A DNA stretch of 63,719 nucleotides, filler included, from Reticulomyxa filosa (GCA_000512085.1; 21 parts of 21 records of this genome joined end to end with filler, not necessarily neighbours in it); one strand, 5' to 3'; shown: positions 25,160 through 39,707, counted from the first letter of the whole stretch. Program-made: numbers and translations. Notes: generated by a model from the sequence alone, not told the origin.

Positions 25160-27230
25160 TTTGATACATTTTAAAATACGGACCAAATTTAATGAATTCG
25201 TCCGCAATCAAAGAGGTTTCATTATCCCAAGATTCAAACTTGCTTTTCAAGGCTGTTGCAGTTTGTGTTGTGTGACAAAAGGCCATCCAATGTTTCAAAT
25301 ACTGACCATTTGCAAAAAAAAAAAAAAAAAAACAAACATTGCAACAAGCTAAGATTCAATCCCAAAATAGTGGCGACCCCAGGAAATAAAGCTTGATGTT
25401 GCTGTTCTTTGATAATTCCATTGCTTTTCAACGGTTCAATGTACAGATCTGTGAGGGCTTGCAATTGATTGCAATACGTTTGTTCCGTTTCAATAATTTC
25501 CTGCACACACTATGTGTACAAACCAAAAAAAGGGGTCTATAGTCAGCGCTTTGCCCCTCCCCCTCCCCTTGAGGATAAAAGCTCAAACAAAAAAAGCAGT
25601 TCCTTTCCTCCTATAGGAAGAAGGGGGGGGGGGGAGAGGAGAGACATGCATCATATGATATATTTATACGTATGCATAATAATGACTACTCAGTAATAAA
25701 TAATAAAAAAAAATAATAGTATAGTGATATATACCAGTAGTACATTAACATGGGATATGATGTTAGCACGACATAAAAACACATATATACGCATGTGTGT
25801 ATGAGATATAAAAAAAAAAAAAAATGAAGGAGAAACAATCATGTACACACGCGATGACGATTGCGCAAGCGTTTTTCTTCTTGTTCATCGTGTTCAGTTT
25901 TGTCATCCGTGTTTGAATCTTGGACAGAGGCGTTTTCTTTGTGATCTTGTTTTTTCTCCTCCTTCTCCGCCGCATTGGTGTTGGACCGGCCAAACCACCC
26001 GCCCACTTTTTTTTTGGTGGCATTGTGATTTTGCTTGGCATTGGTATCATTGTCAGTTTTGGTGACAGCGTCTGGATCTTTGTCGGGCTGTTCTTTTTTT
26101 TTGGTGGCCCGACTTTTATTGTTGTTATTGTTGGCATCACTCTTTTTCACTTCACTGCCATTGGGAGACAGTGCTTCCGAGCTGTGGGTCGACGAGGGAG
26201 TATTACCAGTGGCTTTGCCATTGTGTTGTCGGTTATCATTGGAAGGTGAGGTATTTGTGTCATTTTTAAGCAAAGTTTTTTTGTTGTTCGGATTGGTACC
26301 ATTTGTTGTTGATTTGGGATTTGTGGCAGTAGTACTAGCTGCTGCCGCTGCTGCCGCCGTCGCCGTTGTCGTTGTTGTTGTTGTTGCTGTTACTGTTGTC
26401 GTTGTTGTTATCGTTGTTGTATTTGTAGTGGTCGCAGATGTGGTCGTGGTGCCATTGGCAGCGGGTTTTTTTTTTTGTGCAATGGCCGCTTTTTTTGGGG
26501 AAGCTGATGCACTTGATTTTAGCACGGGCTTTTTTTTATTGGTCTCGTCTTTCTTCGTCTCAGACGGCTCCGGTGGCTGCGATGATGTGTCACTATGATC
26601 TTTTGCACCGGTGTTTACAAGTGACAAATGGGTGTCGTCTTTGCTCTTTTGTTGGGTCTTTGGTTTGTGCTTGTCGACATCCTTTGTCATCGCTGTCGTT
26701 GTTGAAGGCTTTGCTCCTTTGGACTTCTTTGGCGATGATGACGCGGAAGAACTGTTCGCGACCTTACCCTTCTTCTCTTCGCTACTCTTTTTCGCCTTTG
26801 TGCCACCCTTGCCATTGGTCTGCAATTTGCCTGCAGATTTACTTTGACTCGTGTCCTCTTCCATTTCTTTGCCTCCTGCCACGCTTTTCTTATCCTCGGT
26901 ATCCGCCTTTGCTGCTTTTTTTCCATTCTCTTCGGCTCCTCCTCCGGTCTTTGCCTTAGTCTTTTTCCCTGCTTTTGCTGCCGTCGCTGGTCCGCTCGTC
27001 TCGTTCGTTGAAAGTGACAACACTGCCTTCACAAACTTCTTTCGCAAATCTGGAGACATTTTTGCTCCTTTCGGGCCTGCCAATGACATCGCCTCGTTCT
27101 CACTTTTTATCTTTCGTAAATCAGCCAAACTGGTTATGCCCAAATTACGAAGTGACGTCTCGAAAGCTCCACATTTATGTTCTTCAAGCCAATCTTTCAA
27201 CTCTGTATTTTGCAATGAGTGCTGGGCCAT
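25160..27230 (-). CDS. SAM-domain + RhoGEF (DH) protein, 3' end truncated
   Basis: The N-terminus ELKDWLEEHKCGAFETSLRNLGITSLADL...RKKFVKAV is SAM-like. A long K/T/S low-complexity linker follows. After an intron comes DH CR1, R.CVQEIIETEQTYCNQLQALTDLYIEPL, then IADEFIKFGPYFKMY. Confidence 0.85.
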
Positions 27231-27883
27231 TTCACTACGCCTCAGCAGGAAGGATACTCAAATTATGATGAACTTTCCAAGCAAGGAGAGTAAAAGAAAA
27301 AAACACATATTAATTTTTTTTATCTTATACTTTATCAAGCTCCAAAAAAAAAAGAAGGGGAGAAAAAGTACGTGCTTTGGTGCAAGCATATTAAAACGAA
27401 TACTGCAGTTAATATATGCGTTTTGCAAGATCTTGCGAATTGGGGTAAGGGTGGTATATGTATATATTGTCGCCTTACTTAAAATTTCTTTGGAGAAAAA
27501 ACCAGGATAAAAGAGGATCGCTAATTCACAAACGAAATTGCTTTTTAGTCAATTCAACCCAAGCCAAGGAGAACAAACAATACTTTCAATGCTAAGGGAT
27601 GAAAATAGTCAAACATCTTTTTTTAAACAGAAATGCATCGTGCGAGTTCTATTTGACAACAAAACAAAAATATTAAACAAAAAAAAAATTTAGGCAAAGC
27701 GCAGATAGAATCCTACTGACAATGGAACACAGATCTATTCGACACCTGGAGATAAATGGGTTTGCGCAGTGGACAGAACATTTTCGGTAGAGAAACAAAG
27801 TAACCACAAAATATTGAGCAAAGCCGCTAATGAAAGAAGAAAAAAAAAATCAACAAAAAACAAATAAGGAAAATTAAACGAAA

Positions 27884-29249
<1,366 letters not shown>

Positions 29250-29349
29250 NNNNNNNNNNNNNNNNNNNNNNNNNNNNNNNNNNNNNNNNNNNNTTAATTA
29301 ATTAANNNNNNNNNNNNNNNNNNNNNNNNNNNNNNNNNNNNNNNNNNNN

Positions 29350-29401
<52 letters not shown>

Positions 29402-29442
29402 GTATACTTAAAATTCGAAAAACATATTCGTGGGAAGACATA

Positions 29443-31406
29443 TTGATAAATATATTGCAATCACGATCGAAATTGGCACTTAAGAATGAATTGTCATTTG
29501 CTCAGATTCGGGACGATTGGACGAACAATTCTCGACGCGTCATATTTCCATTTGCGCGTGCGACTGACGCTGATTTTTGTGAGGCGATCTTGAGCGATGT
29601 GAGGCTGTGTGACGCCATTGGCATTGGCTATTCCGACCGTGGCGAGCGTCGCTATGCTTACGCAGCACACCTCACGCCGACAGCATACACATTTTCGGAC
29701 TTGGAACTTTGGCTGCAACAGCAAATGCATCGCTCCCCTCGAGGCATGCCCTTATCCGCGCTCCAACATACACTGCTGCAATATGACCGCCATCTCGCCA
29801 AAGTATTGAACGCGACCACTCGCTGTCACTTTCTGCTATGTGATTGGCTGCGACTAAGATTCGCTCCGTTTGTCCATACCACAGACACCGCATCGGACCC
29901 TTTTGTCACCTGGCGCGGCAATGCTCAATTGATTGCGTCCAACCACAAGAGAAGGATCAACGACGAGGAAAAGAGCAATACCAAAGATATAATTGCAGAT
30001 CGTGAATCTTTGATAACCCATGCTTTGATAAAGCGACTTCGAAATGATAATACTCAGAAAAATAATAATAATAATAATAACAATTCGTTGATGCTTTTGA
30101 GTTCGTTGTCTTTTTTTAAACCCAGATTTTTTCAATATTTGCATTTATGGTGTTTTGTCGAATGGTTCAATGTCGTTTTGGAGCCTTTGCACAAATCAAG
30201 CCGTTGCCGTAATGTTTTAGAGTACTTGCGTTCCAGTGCGTATATTCAGTGCAAGCCGACTCGACAGCTCTTGCCCTTGCCGACTACAGCATCCTCTCAC
30301 GTCAATTTTTTCAATGTCCCTTCGCCATTGCCCATACGTCACACCATTCAACAAACGCTGCAAGAATGCCTCCAAAACAAGCAATTCTGGCCCGTGCCTT
30401 TTGCAGCCGACGCGACTCATGCCGATAAGGCTATGGTCCCTCTGTTTCTCGTCGCCTCCATTTTGCACAAGAAATTCTCCGAGATGCCACTACAAAGGCT
30501 TCATTTGTCCAATGTACATCTCGATTCCCTGCTTTCCTGTCTTTCTTTCTTTGTCAAACGCAATCGGGATGGCATTCCATTTGTCCAAGCAATATCGACT
30601 GTATCACATATATACATATACATATATACATATACATATATACATATACATATATATGTATATGTATATATATATTGTTTGTCACATTGAAATATTACAT
30701 ACATATATATATGTATGTGTCTGTTTTTTTTTTTAGACGGACGTGGATACGCCCTTTCACGTTTGGACATTGATAAAAGCAATAACAGCCCACTACCCGA
30801 ACAAACTGTCTCAATCAGAATGGCAGAACCAGATGAAAGGCTTGGAGATAACGGAAAAAGAGGTATCCGAGGTTGTGTCTTACGTGTTGGATTACTGGCA
30901 CCACGACATTGCCATTAGCGAAGAGCCAGCCAACACAAAGTCATTGCAAATGGATCGCGTATTCTGGTTTTGGTATATCCCTTCACATGCTTGCTTGCGC
31001 GACAGCAGCAACGGTAAAGACAATAGCGCTGGCGTTACCACCACCACCACCACCACCACCATACCATTTCATCCAACCCGCAATCACATCCGAGTGACGT
31101 AACCAGCTATCTTGCACCACACTCCAAAGCGCATGTGCAACAATGCAAGGACAACTTCAAATGGCTGCTGCGAAATCGTATCGTCGACAACAAATATTTT
31201 CCAACAAAGTATGTCAAATTGTCGCAATTGAATCTCCTCTTTCGTCAGCATTTTTGGTTACCCTTTGCCTTGGAAGCCCTTGTCGTCTCACTTGTCGTCC
31301 TTTGCAAAAGTGCCTTTGATCAATGGCGACTTTTATGTGTCAGATAACGACAAAAATTTGTTTGGGGGATTGCTCGAGGCATTATTTCTTATTCAACATC
31401 AACATC

Positions 31407-31439
<33 letters not shown>

Positions 31440-31814
31440 ATTTCAAAGATATTGATAAAAATAGTCAAAGACCAGTTCGTATGACGGCTTCCCAAATTGT
31501 GAATGCGTGGAACGTTGAGTACTCGCATATGCAACTGCTCTCGTACGACTTTTTATGTGATCTGTGCAATGAACACAGCGAAACATTTAGCATCCACACT
31601 CGCAAAGGCCAATCCTGGGGTGTAGATACACTGGTCGCACTACGCGAGCCTCTGTCCTCGACACTTGGCTTGCCAGATACAACCATGTCCTTAGCTTGTC
31701 AAGCCTTTCGACTCTTGCAACAGGCCGGGTCACCATTGTCATCACAATCGTTTGTGACGTCCTTGAAGGGAGTCTTGGCCTTTTTCCACAAACGTAATGG
31801 AGATTATTGCAAAG

Positions 31815-31849
<35 letters not shown>
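29443..31849 (+). CDS. Large hypothetical protein, possibly with repeated LOTUS/OST-HTH-like winged helices; partial
   Basis: GC-richer coding blocks with a (TA/CA)n intron at about 30600-30737 and frameshifts near 31050 and 31265. The domain call rests on pattern only. Confidence 0.45.
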
Positions 31850-32521
31850 NNNNNNNNNNNNNNNNNNNNNNNNNNNNNNNNNNNNNNNNNNNNTTAATTA
31901 ATTAANNNNNNNNNNNNNNNNNNNNNNNNNNNNNNNNNNNNNNNNNNNNAAAATAAGTCAGAAAATTGGGAAATACATACCACCATTTGGAAAATATAAA
32001 AACAAAAATCAAAAAGATACATAATCTTTTGACAAGTTACCAGTAGCATCACCCCAACGTAAGGTCTGTTAACAAGGTCACCAGGAGATACCTGCTCATC
32101 ATGCACTTCATGGCACCCAGTTACCAGTTTCTCACCACTTCATTTCCAGTGATAAAAAAATTTAAAAAGAAAGTGCTTAAACAATAAAAAAAAACTGCTG
32201 TTTGAACACCGCGGAATCTAAGTTTATTAAACAAAGGGACGACGTTTGTAAAAATTTCGTTTATAAAATGAACTCACGTCTTACTTTCTTTCGTTTAGCA
32301 GCAAAAAGAATGTTGCAAAAACTTAAAGTATTGCTTTTATTTCAATTATTTTGAAATTAAAATTGACAAAGAATTGAAAAAGTTTATGAATTGATGAACA
32401 TTTAAAGAAACAATTAAAAACCCGAATTGAAACAAGTGATTGCAATTTTTTAAAATGTACTTGATTAAGAGTTGGAATTGATTTACAAAAAAAGTGAGTT
32501 ACAAAAAAAAAAAAAAGAGTT

Positions 32522-33856
32522 TCACCAACCTTTGAACATGTCCTGTTCCTCAGGAGTGCACATTTCAACAGTAGAAGAATCTTCTTCACTGAAGTCGTCA
32601 AAGTACTCTGTATCTCTGTCCGAGGTAACACAAGGGATAAAGGGAGGTTTTAATTTTTGTTGGTGTGCACATTCCCAATCGATATCTTTGAACCAACTGT
32701 GACTCCTGATTTCCTGTTCTCCTTCGCTTCCGCTGCCCAAACGTGCTGAAACTTCCGGTTCTAGACAGCGACGAATAAAATCCTGTTCTTATTTGTGAGA
32801 GTATATCGGATGTAAATATCGGTTTTGGTTTTTCGTTTGGATTTGGTACAAAAGAAAGGGATAGATGTGCGAGTGAAAAAAAATAAAAAGCTTTTTTTTT
32901 TTTTTTTTTTTTCCTCCAAACTTTGCTGAGCTCAGAAAAACGTTCAGTGAATTCGTATTTGCACTTAAGAATAGCCTTGTAGATGCCAACAATATTGTCA
33001 GCAGCAAAAGGAGGATAACTTTCAATCATTTCATAGACTAAAACACCAACTGCCCACCAATCTACGCCTTTGCTGTGTCCTTTGTTGGAAATGATCTCTG
33101 GAGCCAAGTACTCGGGTGTGCCACACAAGGTCCAACATAAGCCACGTGTATACGTTGCAAAGCCAAAGTCCGTTAATTTAATGTGGCCATTTTGGTCAAT
33201 CAATATATTTTCTGGTTTTAAATCACGATAGATTATCCCTTTGTTGTGCAAATAAAAAAGGGCACATATTACCTCGCACGCAAAATATTTGACCTGGTCT
33301 TCGTCCAATCGATTTCTGGCTCTTAAAATGCTAAATAACTCTCTCCGATTACGTATTCTAACACCAAATAGCAATAGAGTGGATCTTGAAAATGTGCATA
33401 CAATCCAACAATGAATGGACTGTCACACGCGTATAAAATCTCCTTTTCCGATGTTAGATGCTTCCATTGCTTTAAGTCGGCCAATATCTTTTTGTTGGGC
33501 ATTTTTATTGCTACCACTAATTCGGGCTCTGTTTTTGTTTCATCAATTTTTAGTGTACTTACATTCTTTGTTAATACGTCCAATTCGTTCGAACTTGTAA
33601 CAGTGATTTTTTCATGACACTGCTTCGATTCAATTGTTTTAATATCTTTTTTTTCTTCTTCCTCCGGCTCTTGTGTTGTTGTCTCATCTCCGAGTTTTGC
33701 TGTCGCTACATGAACACAGCCAAATGTACCCTTCCCGACAGTTTTTCCCACTTCAAAAGATGACAGGCCCCATTCGGTTTTCTTTTTTGATTTCATTTGC
33801 TCAAAACAATCGCGAATACGTCTTTTTGTCAACTGGAGCGTGCTGCTCGTCGTCAT
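32522..33856 (-). CDS. PKAC: cAMP-dependent protein kinase catalytic subunit
   Basis: GKGTFGCV, VAIK, YRDLKPEN, DFGFA, WTLCGTPEYLAPE, GHSKGVDWWAVG and the AGC tail KPPFIP...FDDF...FKGW*. Intron at about 32790-32921. A 1-nt frameshift at about 33343 breaks EYVIGGELF. Confidence 0.93.
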
Positions 33857-34381
33857 TACTTATTTGTGTTTTTTCTTTTCTATTCCGCTTGCCCTTTGGT
33901 TATCGTTTTGGTCTGCTTAGTTTTGAAACGAGCACTTATTTACTCCATTTTGACGTCTTTACCAACTCGTAACATGTATTAGATACAAACATTATTAATC
34001 ACACTGTTTAGTGTTTTCTCTGAAATCCAAAACGAAATGTGACTACTCACTATTTTTTTTTAACTAAAAAAAGTACTATCTTTTATTCTTTGTAAGTCCG
34101 TCATAAAAACTGTAAACTTGAATAAAACGATAGTTTACTGAGTTTCTTATTGCTAATTAACAAACAACATTGTACATACAGTCAAATGTTTCACAAAAAC
34201 ACACTCTTTTTTTCTTTTTCTTGTTATTTCAAATATAGAGTTATTTGTACGTTATTACACATCAACAGCTTTCTGAAAGATAGGCCATATCATTAGTGTA
34301 AACAAAAGGAACTGCTTTAAAAAACTGTATGTACAGTTGAAAGCTGCAAGAGGAAAAAAAGGGTTCAAGCTTGTAGTAGAA

Positions 34382-34752
34382 ATGTTATTATTGTTTATTT
34401 TTTTGAGTATTCAATTTATTGCTCCATTTGGAGCAACAGTGGGAGGAAATGCACTGCCCTGTGGAATACTGTATAATTTCAGTGAATCAGAGCTAACGTC
34501 GAGTTACGGGTTTGAAAAATGTTTTGAAGAAGATTATTCTGTGGCAATAAATTTGAACTCGCTTCTTCAGGCTTGTCCAACAGACATTGCGGAAGCCAGC
34601 TCCACCTATTATGTATTCATCGGTGCTTGTTATTATCCATCTTCCCTTTGTCAAAATTTTTATGTGGGGGCATTTGTTCCAAACACTCTCTTCGTGAACA
34701 GGACAAAAGGATCTCAAACAATGGAATTAAACGGAGCATACTACTACCATAA
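34382..34752 (+). CDS. Secreted/surface Cys-containing protein, first exon
   Basis: Signal-peptide-like MLLLFIFLSIQFIAPFGA, then GFEKCFEEDYS...VFIGAC...VGAF. Ends at a GTAAG donor. Confidence 0.55.
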
Positions 34753-35069
34753 GTAAGGCACGGCACGCGCACCAACAACACACAATATCAACATATGTGT
34801 GTTCATTATTATTATTATTTTTTTTTTCCCCCCCCCTCNNNNNNNNNNNNNNNNNNNNNNNNNNNNNNNNNNNNNNNNNNNNTTAATTAATTAANNNNNN
34901 NNNNNNNNNNNNNNNNNNNNNNNNNNNNNNNNNNNNNNTATATATATATATGTTATGTAATATTTATTGCAATGTGATATTTTTATATGGTTCTTTATTT
35001 TTTTGTATACATATACATATACATATATATGCATATATATATACATATATGTATATGTATTAAAACCTA

Positions 35070-35727
35070 AAAAGGATGCTTGCTCTTTATGTTGAAACTC
35101 GCCCAAAATCCACAGCACAGGCGATGTGTTTGTTGAAAAGGACATGGCAATAGGAGCCCATCGCTCCATGTTTCTTTGTGTTTGTGTTTCTTTTTTACGA
35201 AGTCGCTCTTGTTGTGAATCTCTTATTATGGTAGCTTCATTGAGAGAAGAGGATGGGCCTTTTGCTCCCTCTTTCGTATCTTCCACTTTTTCTTGTTCTT
35301 TTTTTTCGGCGTTTGCGCCATTGGGAATTTCGTTTGCGTCGGATTGATAACATACGTTACTTAATGTACGCCATATCACCAGTTCTCCATGAATGCTGCC
35401 AGTGATTATAATGTCACCGCTTCGCTTCGACTTTTGAATGCACATGGCTGTTATGTGATGTAATGGCGGCTTGCTCCAGTATACCAAAGGGATCATCAAC
35501 TCTTCGTGTGAAAGTCGCGCCATTTTCATCTCTGGCAATGACACGTACGATATGCTTTGTGCCGATTTGTGAAAGTCTTTCAAGTTGTTCATGCTCAATC
35601 GTGACAACACGTTCAATTGCTGCTGTTTCTCATGGTATTTGTGAGTCGGATACAAATCGCTTAAGGACTTTTGAGACATGTGTGTTCTTGTCTCGCCGCC
35701 TCCTGACGGAGACCGCTTTTCTTGCAT
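35070..35727 (-). CDS. WDR7/WDR72 (rabconnectin-3 beta)-like WD40 protein, first exon
   Basis: LMIPLVYWSKPPLHHITAM...IIITGSIHGELVIW resembles the WDR7 N-terminus (P..LWG..P.H.I...IVTG..DG.I.LW). Confidence 0.65.
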
Positions 35728-36036
35728 GTTCGCTTCACGTTCGTTTGTTACTTTTTCAATCTTCTTCGTTTTTGAGATTTGTCTTTTTTTTTTTTATGCT
35801 GCTACTGTGAGAAATTACCAATATGCATCAAAGAAATGCAAAAAAAGGATATTTTTTTTTTATTGCTGTTTTTTTATGTTTAAAAAAGGGAAACCAAAGA
35901 ACGTTCAACAAAGAAGTTTCAATTTTTTATTTTATTTTTCGCGTTGCTATTTTGTTTTCTTTTTTTTAAAAAAAAATGGTGTATACCCCTTTTAACGGGA
36001 AGAAATGTGAAAGACTGCAAAATGGATTTACAATGT

Positions 36037-36640
36037 TTAGACTTGATCGAACAGAACCACCAACTCTTTTTTATTGACCTTGTTCATGGCATTTCGAGGT
36101 ATGGTTTGAACAAACAAAAACTTTCTAGGGATTTTGTAATGTGCCATTTTGTCTCGACACCACAGTTTGAGTGCCTCCTCAGTCAGTTGCTGTTGGCCAG
36201 CACTCGATTTCAAAACGATAATTGCCGCAATGATCTGTCCATACATTTGATCTTTCAATCCGACGACACACGTCTCAGAAATCGCGTGATGTTGCAACAA
36301 TATCCGTTCGATTTCCAACGCCGATATTTTATATCCACTGTACTTGATAATGTCCACAGAGGCTCTGCCGTCGATGTAAAAGTACCCTTTTTCGTCAGTG
36401 TGCACAATGTCGCCAGTTTTAAACCAACCATCTTTGGTGAACTCTTCTTTTGTTTTCTCTGGCTTCCTGTAATACTCTTTGAACATTGACAACGATTTCA
36501 CATACAGTTCGTTGTTTTCTTTGTTGATCTTGCACTCAACACCGGGCAAAGGCATTCCAACGCTGCCAATTTGGCGTTTGGACTGTTCGTATGGATTCGA
36601 TAGCGCCATGCCAATTTCTGTCATACCATACCTTTCTCCA
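36037..36640 (-). CDS. ACSF3: Malonyl-CoA synthetase (ACSF3-like), last exon
   Basis: ERYGMTEIGMALSNP, GSVGMPLPGVE, WFKTGD, GRASVDIIK..GYKISALEIER and PRNAMNKVNKK are ACSF3/AAE13 signatures. Confidence 0.88.
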
Positions 36641-36870
36641 CGTAATACATACACATACATACAGACGTATTTATCTGTATATATTGATGTCCTCAGTATT
36701 CGTTGACATATATTTCATTACATCTCATACATACATATATTATATATATATATATAATATATGTATGTATNNNNNNNNNNNNNNNNNNNNNNNNNNNNNN
36801 NNNNNNNNNNNNNNTTAATTAATTAANNNNNNNNNNNNNNNNNNNNNNNNNNNNNNNNNNNNNNNNNNNN

Positions 36871-38435
36871 TGGCGCCGTCCCCCTTCTTCCAGAGGAAGC
36901 GGCCGATGGCCAGCGAGGGCTTCACGAACACCGCGTCGTAGAGCTCGTCGAAGTACCACTTGTTGTAGAAGAAATCGTGCAGGCGGGGGAACGTCCTGAC
37001 CGTGCGCTCCGGCATGTCGGTCCGCACGATGTAGAAATAGTAAGCAATGGAAATGCCCACCAGTGCGAACACCAGCGGCGCGAGCTTCACCCACACCGGC
37101 ACTTCGTGCGCGTGATGAAGCACCTCTTCCGTTGCCTTGACGGCTACGGAGTTGCCCCAGAAGGCGTGCCAGTCATGGCCGACGAACCAGTCGTAGCCGA
37201 CCAGGCCCGAGAACGCTGCGCCGATGCCGAGCACGTACAACGGGATCAGCATGACCACAGGCGATTCGTGGGCGTGATCCCAGGTGTGATGGTCGCCGCG
37301 GTACTTGCCGTAGAAGGTCATGAACATCAGGCGGGTCGAATAAAAGGCCGTCATCAAGGCCGCGATCACGCCCAGCCAGTAGGCGATGACGCCGACCGTC
37401 GTGTGCACGCCGAAGGCCGATTCCAGCATGATGTCTTTGGAATAGAAGCCCGCAAAACCCAGCCCGGTACCGAAGATGAACGGAATACCGATGCCCGACA
37501 GTGCCAGGGTTCCGACCCACATCAGCAGGAAGGTCTGCGGCGCCTTCGCCTTCACGCCCCCCATCTTACGCATGTCCTGTTCATGGTGGAGACAGTTGAT
37601 CACTGACCCCGAGCCCAGGAACAGCAAAGCCTTGAAGAAGGCGTGCGTGGTGAGATGGAACATGGCCGCCGAGTAACCGCCGACGCCGCAGGCGAAGAAC
37701 ATGTAGCCGAGCTGGCTGCAGGTCGAATAGGCGACGACCCGCTTGATGTCGAACTGGGTCATGCCGACGGTGGCGGCAAAGAACGCGGTCGCGGCACCGA
37801 CCAGGGTGACGATCATCGACACGGTGGGCGCCAGCTCGAACAGCGGCGACAGGCGGCAGACCATGAACACCCCGGCCGTGACCATCGTGGCGGCATGGAT
37901 CAGCGCCGACACCGGGGTCGGGCCTTCCATGGCGTCCGGCAGCCAGGTGTGCAGCCCGAGCTGGGCCGACTTGCCCATGGCGCCGATGAACAGCAGCAGG
38001 CAGGCGGTCTCGAGCGCCGGCAGGTCCATGCCGAGGAACTGGATGCGCATCTGCGCCATCTGCGGCGCCTTGCCGAAGATCTCTTCGAATCCGACCGAGC
38101 CGGACAGCATCCAGACGGCAGCGATGCCCAGCGCAAAGCCGAAATCGTCCACCCGGTTCACGATGAACGCCTTCATCGCCGCGTTGTTGGCCGACGGCTT
38201 GTCGTACCAGAAGCCGATCAGCAGATAGGACGCGAGGCCCACTCCCTCCCAGCCGAAGAAGAGCTGCACGAGATTGTCAGACGTCACCAGCATCAGCATG
38301 AAGAAGGTGAACAGGCTGAGATAGGACATGAAGCGCGGGATGCTGGGATCGTCCGCCATGTAGCCGATGGAATAGATGTGCACCATCGACGACACGACAG
38401 TCACCACGATCAGCATGACGGCGGTCAGCGTGTCG
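36871..38435 (-). CDS. nuoL: Bacterial NADH-quinone oxidoreductase subunit L, partial at both ends; alphaproteobacterial-type, foreign contig
   Basis: Intronless, GC-rich ORF spanning the whole contig: [82 protein letters not shown]. Standard genetic code. Confidence 0.97.
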
Positions 38436-38699
38436 NNNNNNNNNNNNNNNNNNNNNNNNNNNNNNNNNNNNNNNNNNNNTTAATTAATTAANNNNNNNNN
38501 NNNNNNNNNNNNNNNNNNNNNNNNNNNNNNNNNNNTTTTTTTTTTTTTTTTGGTTCCCTTTTTTTTTTTTTTTGAGCGGAAAGACTTAATATTGAATTGT
38601 GAATGTATTATATGTAAACACAAACAAAAAAGAACTTTATGATTTTTTGGCCAATCAATGGGCCCGCCATGCATTCGAAGTTTCTTTTTTGAAAAAAAG

Positions 38700-38860
38700 A
38701 CACAATCCCTTTGATTGAAAACTGTGCTGTCTTTGGATTTACTGAAAATCGAAATTTGATTTCCAATTCATACTTTTTGCCTCGTGAAGTGGCACTGAAA
38801 CTTAGGCCTTCTCGTATTACTTGCACTTTTAAGTTTTTGTTAACCACATTTGCCAAATCT
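38700..38860 (-). CDS. CS/p23-like domain exon
   Basis: LANVVNKNLKVQVIREGLSFSATSRGKKYELEIKFRFSVNPKTAQFSIK fits the CS beta-sandwich pattern. Confidence 0.45.
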
Positions 38861-39358
38861 ATCTTCTCAAAGATGTTTTTTCCATAAAAAAATTCTGAGT
38901 CATGGTTTTGCTATTTTCATTCTTCCCTTTTTTCATAAATCTAGTCTTTTGAAAAAAAATTCTTTGTGCCCAAAAAGAGATAGAAATACGGGCTATCGGG
39001 CAAAAATGTACAATTTCACGGCTTTTCGATTTTGTTTGTGTAGAATTATGTAATTTTATCTTTTTTTCAGAATTGTAGTGTTCAGTTTTGTTGATCAACA
39101 CCCTCTTTCTTATTAGAAAAAGATTCTGCTGCTGGAAAAAAGTTAAATTATTTTTGTAATGATTAAAACGAGTTTTTTAATAAAGTACTAATAAGAACAA
39201 ACGTCGTGGTTTTTATTTAAAAAACTCGATTATTATTTTAAAGGTTCCATTTGAGATTTCTTAGCCTGCTAAAGAAAAGAGATGGCTGGTGGTTGACCAT
39301 GTTCCTTTATCTACACAAAAAACGCAAGACCATCAAAATTTGGAACGTTGATTTTTTT

Positions 39359-39707
39359 ATGAACTCAACGCAAAAAAACTGGTCAACGAAGTGATTGCAT
39401 CGGCGCCGTTGTAGTATTTACAAAAATGCATTGCTCATACTGCGCTCATGTGAAAAGTTTATTACAAACAGAAATAAAAAAGACATACCTTCAAATTCTT
39501 AAATTGGACAAAGACCTGTCTTCATCCGAGGTATCTGACTTGCAGGACTATTTGAAAGAGTTGACAGGCCAACAAATTGTTCCGCGAGTGTTCATTGGCA
39601 AGTCTTCCATCGGAGGATGCGATGGCATATACAAATTTAATGACAATAACAAGTCGGCAGGACTGATTGACCAGTTAAGATGTTTTTTTTTCAAAGATAA
39701 TCTATAA
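39359..39707 (+). pseudogene. Dithiol glutaredoxin, frameshifted at the 5' end
   Basis: VVFTKMHCSYCAHVKSLL...LQDYLKELTGQQIVPRVFIGKSSIGGCD. The upstream LVNEVIASAP is out of frame. Confidence 0.75.

Noticed and set aside
25841-27510. Several hydrophobic plus-strand ORFs
   Set aside because: Antisense to the low-complexity linker of the SAM-RhoGEF.
36037-38435. ACSF3 next to nuoL as a horizontally transferred metabolic cluster
   Set aside because: They are on different contigs separated by a linker, and ACSF3 has a host-type intron and composition.
36977-38491. Long plus-strand ORFs overlapping nuoL
   Set aside because: Antisense shadows expected in high-GC coding DNA.
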